Assembly (NCBI GenBank): GCA_036736005.1
Contig: DAINNF010000002.1
Coordinates: 193 to 64,192 of the forward strand
Length of the DNA stretch: 64,000 nucleotides
Source of the DNA: Acidobacteriota bacterium
GTDB taxonomy: Bacteria > Acidobacteriota > Holophagae > Thermotomaculales > Thermotomaculaceae
Direction of reading: 5' to 3'
The notes beneath the pieces were generated by a model. That model did not search any database, had not been told where the DNA came from, and saw only the letters and a list, made by a program, of their open reading frames with translations. Positions 27,737 to 40,134 of this stretch are shown in pieces (the stretch's first letter is position 1; each line of letters opens with the position of its first letter). The position numbers and the translations under genes are program-made.

Positions 27737-30700
27737 TGGAACCTCCCTGTTCTTTTGCAAGCGGCAGGGTGAAACAAAACGTCGATCCCACTCCCGGCTC
27801 GCTTTCTACCCATATCGTGCCTCCCAGACGCTCGACGATTCGTTTGCACACCGCCAGACCGATTCCCGTTCCGGGGAATTCGGAGCGGGTATGCAGTCGT
27901 TTGAAAATGACAAAAATCTGCTCCGCGTACTGGAGATCCATGCCGATACCGTTGTCCCGTACGGCGAAGGTTACTGTTTCCCCATCTTCCTGAACCGAGA
28001 TATGAATCCGGGGAGTTTCTTCTCCATGAAACTTGATGCCGTTGCTGATCAGGTTCTGAAACAGCATGACCAGTTGGGAGAAATCTCCCATCACAACCGG
28101 GAGATTGTCGTTGGTGATGATGGCCTGGTGTTCATTGATCGTTTCCGATAGGTTGACCAGCACATGTCCCATGACACTCTGTACGGATACCGGGTTCGGT
28201 TCTTTTCCCCGTGTTGTGATCCGGGAATAGGTGAGCAGGTCCTGGATGAGGCGCTGCATCCGGTTGGCGCCATCCACCGCAAAGTGAATAAAGTCCTTTG
28301 CGTCGTCATCCAGCTTGTCTTTGTAGCGCTTTTCCAGCAACTGGGTATAGCTGGATACCATGCGCAGGGGCTCCTGCAGATCATGGGAGGCCACATAGGC
28401 AAACTGTTCCAGCTCCCTGTTGGACGTCTCCAGCTTCTCATTCAGTGTCCGAAGTTCGGTTTCAATCTCTTTCAGGTTGCCGACATCCAGACCCATGCCG
28501 ATCAGGAACGGTTCGCCCTCTATCTCAAACAGTTTTCCGTTGAACAGATAAGGCGTCGCGGTCCCGTCCCTGTGGACAAAATCCGCCTCCACAACCGCTT
28601 CCCCTTCCACAAATACCCGTTGCATGGCTGCCGCGATGTTTTCGATGTCTTCTCCGCGGAACAGTTCGGTGGCCTTCATCTGTTTCAGGTCGTCGGCATC
28701 ATATCCGGTGGCCTTTTCAAACCGGCTGTTCCAACGGGCGAACGTGCCGTCGGTCCGGATCTGGTAAAACACGCCGGGCAGCGCATCCAGGACCGAATCG
28801 GTAATTGTCCGTTCCCGTTCTGCGATTGCCTGGATTTGTTTCAGTTCACTGATGTCCGTCAGACTGACCAGCACCTGGCCATGATCTGCACCGGGTCGGG
28901 GGAATGACATCTTCAACAGAACAGTGAAGCGGTCCCCGTTCACTTTGTTCAACAACATTTCCGTCTCATAAACCGTTTTGCACGCCGCCAGTGCCGCCAG
29001 TTCCCCGATGAATCCGGGCAACGTGTCCGGTGTATTGAATACCGTTTCCAATGACTGGAGCATCTTATCTTTGCTTTTTGCACCGAACATTTCCAGAGTC
29101 TCGGAATTGACATCGTTGATCACCACGTGCTGCAGGCATTCCCGTACCAGGTCCATGTGTGATGTGAAATACCCGTGGAAATCCGTATCCGTCGGTAGAT
29201 TCAACCCCCGGATGATTGCAATGACGGCGGTCCAGTCCTCGTCCCAGAGCGAGATGGGGACGTTTTCATAAAGAGAACGGAATCGTCTTTCACTTTCCTT
29301 CAGGGAGATGGTTCGCAGTTCCACAAGGTCTTCCAGATGTTGCTTATGCAGCAGAAGCTCGCGGGTTCGTTCTCTGGATGTCTGAGCGAACCGGACGGCC
29401 AGTGCAGCCAGGAGGGCCATCAGAAGCCCCGCTCCGAGCATCAGAACATCCCGGATCAGTTGACTGGCATCGGTCAGTGCACGTCCCGGTGTGACGGCAA
29501 TGGTCCATTTTCGGTCACCCGGCAGATGGATAACGGATTCTTCCACCGGAATGCCCCGGGTTGCGCTCCAGTCTCCCTCTTCCAGTATCAGGCGATTGTT
29601 CTCCAGAATGCGGAACACAAACTGATCCTGCTGGGTTTTCACAATGGTGGGGATGAAATTATCCAGGTCCACCACCCCCAGCATGAAACCACCGGGTTCG
29701 TGGCGAACCGTGATGGGGACGATTACATCGAAACCCCGGCCCCCCTGCAGAATGTCTACCACCGGGGTCACAACGGGGATGTTTTCTTCTCTGGCCATTT
29801 CGAGAATAGGCCGTCGGTGGGTGTTGTCCGACAGATTCAACCCCAGCACCATATCATTGTCTGCTTCCGGTTCCACCCATCGGACCACAAAATCCGGGTC
29901 CACCCATTCCATCGCCACCAGTCCCGGGAAATCACCCAGATGGGCACGGGCATCCGCTCGCCAGTACGGTTCCTGTAACGCCTCACGGAGTTCCCATCGA
30001 TGGCTCATGCGCTTCAATGCATTTGCCAGGTCCTGTACCCTGATTTCGACGGCTTCTGCAAGTCCCCGTGCGGTGGTGCGGGTCAATTCGTGGAGTCGTT
30101 CATGGTCACGGGCTTCCTGCGCCTGCCAGATAATCACGGAAGCGGTCAGAAACAACAACGCAAAGGACACAGGCAACCAGTTGATGAATCGTCTCCTGTC
30201 CCGGTGAACACGGATCCAGGAAAGGGATAGCAGACCGGTTCCCAGGACGACAAATCCGGCGGAGGTATGAACCGCCATCCGTGTCATCTTCCCCCAGCCG
30301 TAGGCGGTATGTAGACCGCTGATATAACCGCCGAACGCGGTGAGGCCCAGGGCAATGACCACGGTGGATAGCACGCCGCAGAAAAAGGTCCGTCTGTTGC
30401 CGGGTTTTTTCCCGTTGAGCAAGAGCATGGCTGTTGCAGACAACAGGAAGCAGAGTGCCGTATTGGGTGCCATCCGTCCGGGATGGGAGGTTTGAACCGT
30501 GATGTAGTGTTCCATGAACAACTGGTCGATATGCAGGCCGATGCCGGCGCTGTATTCAATCAGCGTCAGAAGTCCGATCAAACCGGCAATGGCGGCTGCA
30601 GTAGCGCCCGTTTGCCGCCGCCCGGCAGCCAGCAGAAGCAAAGCCGCACCACACAGCAGGAAGCCCAATGCGGTGTTGAACTGCATGGGAACGAAGGTGG

Positions 30701-30851
30701 GCAGAACCTGGATCAGGGTGGGCTGATGGGTGAACCAGCCGATCAACACCAGGACGCCCATGATGGTGACGAGGAGACCGCAGGCGAGGATCAGCGGATG
30801 AATATATACCTGAGCGGTTTCCGGTGCGGTCGATCCTTCCTGCTCCACCAT
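27729..30851 (-). CDS. Sensor histidine kinase with a multi-TM N-terminal domain, an extracytoplasmic domain, PAS domains and a phytochrome-type HisKA (cassette 2, A-type)
   Basis: Repeated M(x)(x)NTAL(x)FLL membrane motifs, ~230-aa loop domain, TM. H-box [17 protein letters not shown]...[15 protein letters not shown]. Confidence 0.85.
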   Translation of the reverse strand: MVEQEGSTAPETAQVYIHPLILACGLLVTIMGVLVLIGWFTHQPTLIQVLPTFVPMQFNTALGFLLCGAALLLLAAGRRQTGATAAAIAGLIGLLTLIEYSAGIGLHIDQLFMEHYITVQTSHPGRMAPNTALCFLLSATAMLLLNGKKPGNRRTFFCGVLSTVVIALGLTAFGGYISGLHTAYGWGKMTRMAVHTSAGFVVLGTGLLSLSWIRVHRDRRRFINWLPVSFALLFLTASVIIWQAQEARDHERLHELTRTTARGLAEAVEIRVQDLANALKRMSHRWELREALQEPYWRADARAHLGDFPGLVAMEWVDPDFVVRWVEPEADNDMVLGLNLSDNTHRRPILEMAREENIPVVTPVVDILQGGRGFDVIVPITVRHEPGGFMLGVVDLDNFIPTIVKTQQDQFVFRILENNRLILEEGDWSATRGIPVEESVIHLPGDRKWTIAVTPGRALTDASQLIRDVLMLGAGLLMALLAALAVRFAQTSRERTRELLLHKQHLEDLVELRTISLKESERRFRSLYENVPISLWDEDWTAVIAIIRGLNLPTDTDFHGYFTSHMDLVRECLQHVVINDVNSETLEMFGAKSKDKMLQSLETVFNTPDTLPGFIGELAALAACKTVYETEMLLNKVNGDRFTVLLKMSFPRPGADHGQVLVSLTDISELKQIQAIAERERTITDSVLDALPGVFYQIRTDGTFARWNSRFEKATGYDADDLKQMKATELFRGEDIENIAAAMQRVFVEGEAVVEADFVHRDGTATPYLFNGKLFEIEGEPFLIGMGLDVGNLKEIETELRTLNEKLETSNRELEQFAYVASHDLQEPLRMVSSYTQLLEKRYKDKLDDDAKDFIHFAVDGANRMQRLIQDLLTYSRITTRGKEPNPVSVQSVMGHVLVNLSETINEHQAIITNDNLPVVMGDFSQLVMLFQNLISNGIKFHGEETPRIHISVQEDGETVTFAVRDNGIGMDLQYAEQIFVIFKRLHTRSEFPGTGIGLAVCKRIVERLGGTIWVESEPGVGSTFCFTLPLAKEQGGSNE

Positions 30852-30927
30852 CCCATCCCTTCCTGTATGATTCAGCCGGAAAGCGGCCGATCCCTAAGTT
30901 CTCTGGCTGCTGAACGACATCTGACGC

Positions 30928-33687
30928 TCAACCGGCGTCATCCAATGCCTTACGGACAGACTGAATCAGTTCCGAAATGGTGAACGGTTTGTGAAGGAGA
31001 TGCTGCTCCTCACCCGTTCCCCCGTGTTCTTCAATCACGTCTGCCGTGTACCCCGACATGAACAGGGTGTGGATATCGGGGCGCAACGTCTTTACCTGTT
31101 CCTGGAGTTGCCGTCCGTTCATTTCGGGCATCACCACGTCGGTTAACAGCAGATCGATGGTTTCCGGATGGGACTTTGCGATATCGAGTCCGCGGGCAGG
31201 TGAGTCGGCAGTCAGGATGGTGTACCCATGCATCTCCAACGCACGTGTGGCCACATCCAGCACTTCCCGTTCATCTTCCACAATGAGAATGGTCTCACCA
31301 CCCTCGAAACTGTCTCCCTGGTGTTCCGGATCGGTTTCGCTACAGCACGAATCGGTTGCGCGGGGAAAGAACAGATGAAACGTGGTGCCTTCGCCCGGCT
31401 TGCTGTCCACCCGGATGGTTCCGCCGCTCTGCTGAACGATACCGAACACCGTACTGAGTCCAAGCCCCGTTCCCTTGCCTTCTTCCTTGGTGGTAAAGAA
31501 GGGTTCGAAGATCCGGGCACAGGTTTCTTCGTCCATTCCGCATCCGTTGTCCCGGACACTGATTTCCACATAATCTCCCGGCGTGATCGACACGGGTTCC
31601 ATGCGATTCTGTTGGGTGTGGGCCACATTCCGAGTACTGATGGATATGCCGCCGGTTCCGGTGATGGCGTCCCTGGCATTGATACAGAGGTTGGCCAGAA
31701 TCTGGTCAATCTGGGAGGGGTCTGCTGAGACGTTCCACAGGTCGTTTTCCGGTTTGAATTCCAGCGTGATGTGTTCTCCGATCAGTCGGTTGAGCATTTT
31801 GAGATTGCCGTCAATCAGCTCATTCAGATTCACAATCTTCGGTTCGATATCCTGTTTTCTGGAAAATGCCAGCAACTGGCGGGTCAGGTTGGCCGACTTG
31901 GTTGCCGCTTCCAGTATGCGTCTGATCTGATCCTGTACCGGGTGGTTATCCGGAAGGCGGGCAGCGGCCATTTCGCTGTAGCCCAGAATCACGTTCAGCA
32001 TATTGTTGAAGTCATGGGCGACACCGCCTGCCAGCCGGCCCACTGCTTCCATCTTCTGGGCCTGCTGCAGTTCTTTCTGAATCAGCAGCTGTTGCTGCTC
32101 CATTTCTTTCCGTTCGGTGAGATCGTGGGAAACACCCTGAATGGCAACGGGCTTCTGATCCGCATCCCTCAGAATCTGTCCGCGGATTTCCACCGGAATC
32201 GGGCTGCCGTCTTTTCGTATCAGGGTAGTTTCCAGCAGGACGCCGGAATGGTTTTCCAGATTCTTCAGTTCATGTTGAATAACACCCATGATCTGCATCC
32301 GACTCTCGTTATCGCAGAAAATGTCCATGCTTGAGCCGATAATCTCTTCGGGTGTGTATCCAAACATGCGTTGAACGGCCGGGTTGATGTAGGTGACGAT
32401 CCGGTCCATGTCCATTTGCCAGATGCAGTCCAGGGTGTTTTCGGCCAGCAGTCGATATTTGCTTTCCCGTTCCGCCAGAGCCAGCCGCTGGGTAATTTCT
32501 TTGTGGATATCCTGCGTGGTACCGCGCAGGGTAGCAGGTCTGCCGTCCGGACCGGTTTCCACTTCGCATACGGAATTCGCCCAGCGCAGCGTGCCGTCCG
32601 GTCGCTTCAGACGGAACTGCACGTTGTAGCCCGTACCATCCGATATGGCTCGTCTGACGGCCCTGTCAATCAGCGGCCAGTCATCCGGATGGATGTAGGG
32701 CTCATGGGCTTCCCACGAGGATGGTTCCCCCTGTTCCGGGTCCAGCCCGAAAATACAGAACATGTGTGGGGACCAGCTTGGTTTTCCGGTTGCCACATCA
32801 AATTCCCAGGAGCCGATGTCTGCCATATGTTGGGCTTTATTCAGTTCCGCATTCAACCGCTCCAGTTCCTTTTTCTGTTGGACGGATTCCGTGATGTCCA
32901 TGACGTTGGTCACAAAGTGCCGCGGGTTGCCATGGTCGTCACGGATCAGAATGGTGTGAATATCGGCCCACACGACTTCGCCGTTTTTCCGGATGTATCG
33001 TTTCTCGAAACGGGCCTGATCGAGATGGGAAGCATTCAGCTTCTGTATGATGGCATTGGAGAGTTCTTTGTCGTCCGGATGGGTGATGTCGACAAAACCA
33101 CGTCCCGTTATCTCCATCCGGTCGTATCCCGTCAATTCAGCGAAAGCATCATTCACCTCAAGAAACGATCCGTTCATGCTCACGATTGCTTTGCCGATGT
33201 TGGATTTTTCGAACATTTCCCGGAACCGGATTTCACTTTCTTTCAAGGCCTCAATGGCATTGCGACGCTCCATCTCAATCCGTTGATTTTCCAGCACCTT
33301 CAGAATGATGTGGGGCAGGGAGCGGATATGGCTGGCGGTCTTGATGGCATAATCGGCGGCACCGGACCGCATGGCTTCCACCGCAATTTCTTCCGAGCCG
33401 GTACCGGTTACGATCAGAACGGGAAGGTCCGGGTATCTGTTCTTCACAAACTCCAGTACCTGCAGGCCGTTGAATCCCAGTATGTTGAAATCACTGAGGA
33501 TCAGATCCCATTTGTCTCCGGCATCCAGCAGCGACTCGAATTGTTCACGACTTTCGGCCAGGGTGAGGGTAAAATCCGCTTCGGCCTGTTCCAGGGCGTC
33601 CTTTACCAGTTCGCGATCGTGGGGGTTGTCATCAATATAGAGAATGCGGATAGACGGGTGGTCGGTATTATCCATTTGGGGCTCCAT
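30928..33687 (-). CDS. Hybrid histidine kinase, REC-PAS(x4)-HisKA-HATPase-REC (cassette 1, B-type)
   Basis: N-terminal REC ([10 protein letters not shown]...[13 protein letters not shown]). H-box [12 protein letters not shown]-terminal REC ([13 protein letters not shown]). Confidence 0.9.
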   Translation of the reverse strand: MEPQMDNTDHPSIRILYIDDNPHDRELVKDALEQAEADFTLTLAESREQFESLLDAGDKWDLILSDFNILGFNGLQVLEFVKNRYPDLPVLIVTGTGSEEIAVEAMRSGAADYAIKTASHIRSLPHIILKVLENQRIEMERRNAIEALKESEIRFREMFEKSNIGKAIVSMNGSFLEVNDAFAELTGYDRMEITGRGFVDITHPDDKELSNAIIQKLNASHLDQARFEKRYIRKNGEVVWADIHTILIRDDHGNPRHFVTNVMDITESVQQKKELERLNAELNKAQHMADIGSWEFDVATGKPSWSPHMFCIFGLDPEQGEPSSWEAHEPYIHPDDWPLIDRAVRRAISDGTGYNVQFRLKRPDGTLRWANSVCEVETGPDGRPATLRGTTQDIHKEITQRLALAERESKYRLLAENTLDCIWQMDMDRIVTYINPAVQRMFGYTPEEIIGSSMDIFCDNESRMQIMGVIQHELKNLENHSGVLLETTLIRKDGSPIPVEIRGQILRDADQKPVAIQGVSHDLTERKEMEQQQLLIQKELQQAQKMEAVGRLAGGVAHDFNNMLNVILGYSEMAAARLPDNHPVQDQIRRILEAATKSANLTRQLLAFSRKQDIEPKIVNLNELIDGNLKMLNRLIGEHITLEFKPENDLWNVSADPSQIDQILANLCINARDAITGTGGISISTRNVAHTQQNRMEPVSITPGDYVEISVRDNGCGMDEETCARIFEPFFTTKEEGKGTGLGLSTVFGIVQQSGGTIRVDSKPGEGTTFHLFFPRATDSCCSETDPEHQGDSFEGGETILIVEDEREVLDVATRALEMHGYTILTADSPARGLDIAKSHPETIDLLLTDVVMPEMNGRQLQEQVKTLRPDIHTLFMSGYTADVIEEHGGTGEEQHLLHKPFTISELIQSVRKALDDAG

Positions 33688-34144
33688 TCATCGGGGGTTT
33701 GACATTCAGGGTCAACCAGTATTCGCCCACTTTCTGGACCACACCGATAAATTCGTGAAAACTGACGGGTTTCACCAGATAGCTGTTGGCGCCGCTGTCA
33801 TAACTCATCACCCGGTCTCCTTCGTTCTGCGAGGAGGTCAGGATCACGACCGGGATGCGCTTCAGAACAGGCTGTTGTTTGATCTGTTTGAGGATGTCAT
33901 GACCATCCACGCCCGGCAGTTTCAGGTCCAGCAGAATCAGGTCGGGAAGCGGGTGTTCTTTGCGGTCGGTAAATGTTCCCCTTCCCATCAGATAGTCCAG
34001 TGCTTCAGTGCCGGTTTCAATCACGTGGATATCGTTTGTGAGATTCACCTGCTCGAAGGCGTCCAGCGTCAATTGAATGTCATGGGGGTTGTCTTCGATC
34101 AGCAGAATGGAGGCGGGCTCCGCCATTCGTTGGAGATGGTCCAT
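33668..34144 (-). CDS. Single-domain response regulator, Rcp1-like (cassette 1)
   Basis: ILLIEDNPHD...LILLDLKLPGVDG...VKP...YWLTLNVKPP. GAGGGGGG RBS. Confidence 0.85.
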   Translation of the reverse strand: MDHLQRMAEPASILLIEDNPHDIQLTLDAFEQVNLTNDIHVIETGTEALDYLMGRGTFTDRKEHPLPDLILLDLKLPGVDGHDILKQIKQQPVLKRIPVVILTSSQNEGDRVMSYDSGANSYLVKPVSFHEFIGVVQKVGEYWLTLNVKPPMNGAPNG

Positions 34145-34194
34145 ATGAATTCCCCCCTCAGGTTATGAGACCGTTGACGAAACGTATTCCAATA

Positions 34195-37014
34195 TTAAGA
34201 TTTATTGAATTTTATCGTAAATATCGCTCCTCTGTCAATGTCCGAGTCAACGGTCACTTCGGCGTTCATCAGGGAGGCCGCTTTCCGCACCAAGCCCAGT
34301 CCGATTCCGGTACCCGGATACCGGGATTGGGGATGGAGCCGTTGAAAGATGTCAAAAATCTTTTCATGGTGTTCCGGGGGTATTCCGATTCCATTGTCGA
34401 CGACATGGATCAGCGGGCCATTTGTCCCTTTTTCCCATCGGATGGTCACGTCGGGAGTCCGGTCCGGTGGTTGGTAGGTCAGCGCGTTTTCAATCAGGTT
34501 GGAGAAGATGACCTTGATCAGTGTCCGGTCTCCTTCCACGGCGGGCAGGTCGTCCGGGAAGGTGATGTTTGCGCGGGTACGGGAAAGCCGGGCTTCCAGG
34601 GATGCAATGACTTCCCTCAACAACGGGCTCAGCTGGATAAGTTCCTGGCGGACAGCCGATTTTCCCAGTCTGGAATAGGCCAGCAGGTCTTCAATCAGGA
34701 TGTGCATATGATCACTGGCTTCCACAATGTTGTCGAAATACTTCTGCCCTTTGTCAGGAAGATGCTCAGCAAATCGTTCCCGGATGATTTCGGCAAACCC
34801 CTGGATGGCCCGCAGCGGGGCCTTCAGGTCATGGGATACCGAATAGGCAAAGGCCTCCAGTTCCCGGTTGGCCAGTTCCAGTTTCCGGGTCCGTTGTCTG
34901 ACCCTCAGTTCCAGTGCTTCGTTGAGTTTCCGAAGCTCCTCCTCCATCCGGACCCGCTGGGTAATGTCGGTGACCGTGCAGGCAAACCGGCCCGGTGCCG
35001 GCCGGAACGCCGTGACCAGGAAGTGGGCGTCCAGTGCACCGCTCGGGGCATCAAACGAAATCGATTCACCGGTCTTGACCACTTCCCCGTACCGTTCAAT
35101 CCAGTAGTCCTCTGTCTCCGGCAATGCCTCCTTCACCCGCCGGCCGAGGATCTGGTCTGCTTTCAGTCCCGTCATCCGTTCAAAAGCGGGATTGACATTC
35201 AGGAAACGGTAGTCAACGGGATTTCCTGTCTCATCGAATATCATTTCGTGAATGGCAAACCCCTCCTCCATATTTTCAAACAGCATGCGGAATTTCTCTT
35301 CGCTCTCTACCAGTTGGAGGCGGGCGTTATACTGGTCGGTGATATCCCGGGCACTGGCATAAACAAACTTGCCTGCCGGACGGGACCGCCATTCGATCCA
35401 GCGCCAGGTGCCGTCTTTGTGCCGGTAGCGGTTGATGAATCCGTCGACTTCCTCACCCTGTCCCTGTTGCTCGAGAGCCCGGATGGTGGCTTTCCGGTCG
35501 TCCGGATGGACCAGGTCCAGGAATGGTCTGCCTTCCAGATCCCTGGTCTTGTACCCAAGTGTCCGTTCCCATACGGGATTCAGCCGGATAAAATTACCGT
35601 CCAGATCCGCGATACAGAACAGGTCAATGTTGATATCGAAAAAATCCGCCACCTGTTTCCGGGCTTCCGTCAATTCCGTGATGTCTTCGAAGATCACACA
35701 GAAACGGTCCGGTGATTCCCAGGGCCGGTATACATTGCAATGATAATGCTTCTTCGTCGGACCATGGTAGAGGTCAAATGTCTGGCTGATACCGGTGGTT
35801 GCAGTCCGTCCGTAGCGTTCAATCCACTCCGGTTCGGTGTCCGGCCAGATCTCATGCACGGTCTTTCCCTCCACTTCTTCCAGTTTCACCCCGGTGATTT
35901 CTTCATATGCCCGGTTGATATAGACAAACCGGTAGCTGACAAAAATTCCTTCATCATCGAATACGGATTCGAACAGCACAAACGCATTGAGCATGGAATC
36001 CAGCATGGCGGCCTGTTCTTTTTCCCGCGCGAACAGGGACTCCAACGCCTGTTGTTTTTCGGTGGTATCTTCATACAGGGCAACCACCTTCCCGTCCGGC
36101 AACCGGTAAACATGATTCTCCACCCATTCCATGATCCGGTCGTCTTCATATTTGCTGAGCGGCAGGATCTCGGAATTTCCCGACTCCCAGACCCGCCGCA
36201 GAACATCCAGCAGGCCGATATTCCGAACGCCGGGAAACACCTCGGTGACGCGCTTCCCCCGGATTTCCTGCAACGTGACCCGGCTCATTTTCTGGCCGGT
36301 TTCGTTTATGTCGACAATGATAAAGTCGTTTCCGTTCTCAACGGCTTCATATACGGCCACGCCGCTCCCGATGGAATTAAACAGCTGTTTGTACTGGGCG
36401 GCGATCTGCTGAACGGCCTTTTCACGGATACGGATCTCCTGTTCGGAGAAAAAGGCCTGTTCGGCGATGGTCAGGAGTCTGCCCATTGCAGCCGTTGCGG
36501 CCGGCATGATCAGCAGGACGGGCAACCACATCCGTTGGATTACGGCAAGTCCGACAGGCCAGGGGATCAGCAGTTGGCAGCCCAGCATGGTGATATGGGT
36601 GGCGGTTCCAATGCCGAACAGTTGGAGTGCATTCAGCCGGAAGGGCTCATTGCTGACAATGCGCCGGAACAGGAGTCCCAGCATGGTGCAGCACCATATG
36701 GTTCCCAACCCGGCCCACATGCCGGCTCCCCCCAGCCAGACGCGATAAGCACCGGCCATCAGGATGGAAATGGCTGAAACAATACCACCTCCGAAGAGTC
36801 CCGCAAGTGTCAGAATGATGGACCGGCCGTCAAAGATAATGCCGGGCGCATAGTGGAATGGACTCATCATGCCCAGTACACTGATACCTCCGAACATCAG
36901 ACCGGAGATGAGCCGGTTCCATCTGGGGTAGTTGTTACGGAAGCGTATCGTCAACGTGTAAAACGCCACCAGCGAGATCAGAAGCGTCACGTTGTGAACG
37001 ATCTGGGTGAACAT
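34195..37014 (-). CDS. Sensor histidine kinase with a 5TMR-LYT-type membrane domain, multiple PAS domains and a phytochrome-type HisKA (cassette 1, A-type)
   Basis: GIIFDGRSIIL motif in the TM bundle. H-box VSHDLKAPLRAI. FQRLH...YPGTGIGLGLV. I prefer the ATG at 37014 (GGAGGTG 6 nt upstream); the 61 extra codons in the track ORF are Pro/Arg-rich. Confidence 0.85.
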   Translation of the reverse strand: MFTQIVHNVTLLISLVAFYTLTIRFRNNYPRWNRLISGLMFGGISVLGMMSPFHYAPGIIFDGRSIILTLAGLFGGGIVSAISILMAGAYRVWLGGAGMWAGLGTIWCCTMLGLLFRRIVSNEPFRLNALQLFGIGTATHITMLGCQLLIPWPVGLAVIQRMWLPVLLIMPAATAAMGRLLTIAEQAFFSEQEIRIREKAVQQIAAQYKQLFNSIGSGVAVYEAVENGNDFIIVDINETGQKMSRVTLQEIRGKRVTEVFPGVRNIGLLDVLRRVWESGNSEILPLSKYEDDRIMEWVENHVYRLPDGKVVALYEDTTEKQQALESLFAREKEQAAMLDSMLNAFVLFESVFDDEGIFVSYRFVYINRAYEEITGVKLEEVEGKTVHEIWPDTEPEWIERYGRTATTGISQTFDLYHGPTKKHYHCNVYRPWESPDRFCVIFEDITELTEARKQVADFFDINIDLFCIADLDGNFIRLNPVWERTLGYKTRDLEGRPFLDLVHPDDRKATIRALEQQGQGEEVDGFINRYRHKDGTWRWIEWRSRPAGKFVYASARDITDQYNARLQLVESEEKFRMLFENMEEGFAIHEMIFDETGNPVDYRFLNVNPAFERMTGLKADQILGRRVKEALPETEDYWIERYGEVVKTGESISFDAPSGALDAHFLVTAFRPAPGRFACTVTDITQRVRMEEELRKLNEALELRVRQRTRKLELANRELEAFAYSVSHDLKAPLRAIQGFAEIIRERFAEHLPDKGQKYFDNIVEASDHMHILIEDLLAYSRLGKSAVRQELIQLSPLLREVIASLEARLSRTRANITFPDDLPAVEGDRTLIKVIFSNLIENALTYQPPDRTPDVTIRWEKGTNGPLIHVVDNGIGIPPEHHEKIFDIFQRLHPQSRYPGTGIGLGLVRKAASLMNAEVTVDSDIDRGAIFTIKFNKS

Positions 37015-37281
37015 GTTTTCACCTCCGGGTCGAAACGGATACGGATGTCTTTCGGTTGCTGGTATGGGTTGTTGTCTGTTTCCAGTGTATACCGTTTCCT
37101 TTGGAACCACAACAGCAGCCGGACCGTTCCATGCGGCTCCGGTGGCGGGCCTGTTGCCCGGTACCGTTCTTTCCGGTGGACGGGAAACATGGTTCATGTG
37201 CTAGACTGAAGACACCTAATACAATGAATTGAATCATATTCAGCGACCGGAACGGGCTTGATGTGAAAGAAAGGGCATGGC

Positions 37282-39684
37282 ATGGAAAAGGATCACAGCG
37301 GTAAATCCGGAAAGCCAGGCAGGGGTGAGACGGTAGCGGATCTTCGCAAGCGTATATCCGACCAGGAAGCGGAACTGGAGGCGTTGAAAAGACTGTCCGA
37401 TTCCCATTCGCTTTCCGAGCATCTCTATCAGATTCTCTCCTACAGCACCAACCTGTTTTACCGCCATACACCTGATCATGTACTGACCTATTTGAGTCCC
37501 CAATCCATCGATTTTCTGGGATATCTGCCGGAGCAGGCCATGGTGCGATGGACCGAATTTGCTACGGACAATCCCATCAACGAAATCGGCTTTCAGAACA
37601 CGGTCCGGGCCATTGAAACCGGCGAGGCCCAGCCGCCATATGAGTTGGAGTTACGGCGTCGGGACGGCACCATTATCAATGTGGAGGTCCGGGAAGCGCC
37701 GGTCGTCGAAAATGGAAGAACAGTCGCCATTGTGGGTTCCCTGACCGATATCACCGAACGGAAGAAAGTTCAGGCGGCATTGGAACAAAGCGAACAGACA
37801 TTCCGCAGCATTATTGAAAAAGCCCCCTTCGCAATCTATACGTATGAATTACAGGAAGATAATCGCCTCGTTTTTTCGGGCTACAACCCTGCTGCAAACC
37901 GGAAAGTCGGTACGGACAACAGCCGGTTCCTGGGCATGACCATCGAGGATGCGTTTCCACTGCTTGCGGAGACGGAACTGCCGGATCGCTACCGAAAAGC
38001 CGCAAGGGATGGTGAAGATTGGTACTGCCGGGAGTTTGCTTACGACCACGGAGATATTCACGGAGTCTTCGAGGTCTACGTGTTCCAGATGTCTCCCGGC
38101 ATGGCGGCGGTCATGTTCAACAATATTACGGAACGGAAAGGGATGGAACAGGCACTCAGGGATAATGAGGAGAAGTACCGCCTGCTGGTGGAAAACCAGA
38201 ATGACCTGGTGGTGAAAGTGGACACCGAAGGACGATTCCTGTTCGTGAGTCCCTCTTATTGCGAGTTGTTCGGGAAGACGGAAGCAGAACTGCTGGGGCA
38301 GACGTTCCTTCCGCTGGTGCATGAGGATGACCGGGAACTGACGGAGACGGCAATGGAAGCGTTGTACGAGCCCCCCTACAGGTGTTATGTGGAACAGCGG
38401 GCGTTAACCAGGCATGGCTGGCGATGGCTGGCCTGGTCCGACCGGTCCGTACTGGATGAGGATGGAAACATCATCGCCATTGTGGGCGTGGGACGGGATA
38501 TTACGCAGCAGAAACGCCTGGAACAGGAACGGATGCAGTTGGAGGATCAGCTTCGGCAGTCCCAGAAAATGGAGGCCATCGGAAACCTGGCGGGCGGTGT
38601 CGCCCATGACTTCAACAACCTGCTGCAGGTGATCAACGGATATACCGAACTGGCGCTGTCACGGATGGATAATGAACATCCGTCGCGGGAGGCGCTGGAG
38701 CAGGTGACCCGGGCCGGGAATCGGGCGGCGGACCTGGTGGGTCAGTTGCTGGCATTCGGTCGCCGTACCATGATGCAACCCGCGCCGGTAAGTCTGAACC
38801 GGGTGCTGGACGAGTCTACCCGGATGCTGCGTCGGATCATCGGAGAACACATTGAATTGCAGTTCAACCCGGACCCGACTCTTACGGCGATTCAGGCGGA
38901 TCGGGGGATGCTGGAGCAGGTGCTGATGAATCTGTGCGTGAATGCCCGGGATGCGATGCCCGACGGGGGAACACTGCGAATTTCCACGACGGCGGTAGAA
39001 TTCAATCAGGCGGTATCCATGGGACCGGGGCCTGAAATTCAGGGGCATTTCGCGTTGCTGCAGGTGGAGGATACCGGAATCGGCATGGAGGAAGCCGTTG
39101 CACAGCGGATATTTGAGCCGTTTTTTACCACCAAAGATGTGGGGCAGGGTACCGGACTGGGGCTGGCCATGGTATACGGCATTGTCAAACAGCACGACGG
39201 ATACATCTACTGCCACACGGAAAAGGGAACGGGCACACGGTTTGATATTTATCTCCCTGTCATTGAAGATGCCGTTGAACAGGACAAGTCGGTCATGGAG
39301 CATCGGGAGATGAGTGGCCATGAGACCATTCTGCTGGCAGAAGATGAGGAGATGGTTCGAACAGTCGCTGCCGAGATGCTGGAATCGGCCGGCTATCAGG
39401 TGCTGCTCGCCAACGACGGTGAAGAAGCTGTCCGGGTCTTCCGGGCCAACCAATCATATATTCAACTGGTTGTGATGGATGTACTGATGCCCAACCTGAC
39501 GGGTACGCGTGCCTGGCAGAAAATGAAAGAGCTTGGCGCGAACATTCCCGTACTTTTTATCAGCGGATACAGCGAGGACAAAATACGGGAAGACATTCCC
39601 GGTGGTGAGCGTTGCCTGATTCAGAAGCCGTTTGATCGGAAGGTGTTGCTTGCCAAGGTGCAGGAAGCGCTGAGGAGAGCGTAA
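37282..39684 (+). CDS. Hybrid histidine kinase (coiled coil, PAS x3, HisKA, HATPase, REC)
   Basis: H-box [17 protein letters not shown] and [12 protein letters not shown]-terminal REC ([13 protein letters not shown]). Confidence 0.9.
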   Translation: MEKDHSGKSGKPGRGETVADLRKRISDQEAELEALKRLSDSHSLSEHLYQILSYSTNLFYRHTPDHVLTYLSPQSIDFLGYLPEQAMVRWTEFATDNPINEIGFQNTVRAIETGEAQPPYELELRRRDGTIINVEVREAPVVENGRTVAIVGSLTDITERKKVQAALEQSEQTFRSIIEKAPFAIYTYELQEDNRLVFSGYNPAANRKVGTDNSRFLGMTIEDAFPLLAETELPDRYRKAARDGEDWYCREFAYDHGDIHGVFEVYVFQMSPGMAAVMFNNITERKGMEQALRDNEEKYRLLVENQNDLVVKVDTEGRFLFVSPSYCELFGKTEAELLGQTFLPLVHEDDRELTETAMEALYEPPYRCYVEQRALTRHGWRWLAWSDRSVLDEDGNIIAIVGVGRDITQQKRLEQERMQLEDQLRQSQKMEAIGNLAGGVAHDFNNLLQVINGYTELALSRMDNEHPSREALEQVTRAGNRAADLVGQLLAFGRRTMMQPAPVSLNRVLDESTRMLRRIIGEHIELQFNPDPTLTAIQADRGMLEQVLMNLCVNARDAMPDGGTLRISTTAVEFNQAVSMGPGPEIQGHFALLQVEDTGIGMEEAVAQRIFEPFFTTKDVGQGTGLGLAMVYGIVKQHDGYIYCHTEKGTGTRFDIYLPVIEDAVEQDKSVMEHREMSGHETILLAEDEEMVRTVAAEMLESAGYQVLLANDGEEAVRVFRANQSYIQLVVMDVLMPNLTGTRAWQKMKELGANIPVLFISGYSEDKIREDIPGGERCLIQKPFDRKVLLAKVQEALRRA

Positions 39685-40134
39685 GGCCAGGACTGGTTGG
39701 GCTGCGGCATCTTTTTCGTCCTGGCCGCGTTGCGGTCCTCCTTGGAATGCTCATGTACCCGCTTACGTACACGGCGCTTCCGCGTCGGTCCGCGCCTTGC
39801 CAGGACAAAAAATCTTCTCGCAGTTCGAACCGGGGCCAAATCGATCTGTTACGTGTTACCCATCACCCATCACGTTTGTGTCCTTTGTCTCCGTCGAAAA
39901 CTCCGCGCCAGTTGCAACGCAACATCATGCCAATCAAGTCGCCACATGAGCTTTTTGGCGTCATTGATTTACCAATTATATCTATTCGACGGGAACTTTG
40001 TCTGTTTCTTGCTGAACACTGAACACTGTATACTTTATACTTCTGTCTGGGCGCTCGCTCCGCTTCAAGTCCCTCAAGGTATGTTCAGATGAATTGTCGA
40101 TGAGTGGGTCAAGTATTGAGTGGGCACAAAAAAA

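Noticed and set aside
39621-39839. A 72-aa highly basic minus-strand ORF (RRGPTRKRRVRKRV...).
   Set aside because: It overlaps the 3' end of the hybrid kinase gene in antisense. It has no RBS, and its composition looks like an antisense or GC artefact.
39921-39948. A minus-strand TGGCATgatgTTGCG sigma-54-like element in the tRNA-Asn spacer.
   Set aside because: The spacing between GG and GC is one nucleotide short (N9 instead of N10), and sigma-54 promoters tolerate spacing changes poorly. No convincing terminator lies downstream.
40064-40075. A 12-nt copy (TTCAAGTCCCTC) of the tRNA-Asn T-arm about 60 nt beyond the tRNA 3' end, a possible att-site remnant.
   Set aside because: It is inverted relative to the tRNA, whereas integrative elements leave direct repeats. 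It does not extend beyond 12 nt, and no integrase or element genes are nearby. I noted it only as part of the spacer finding.
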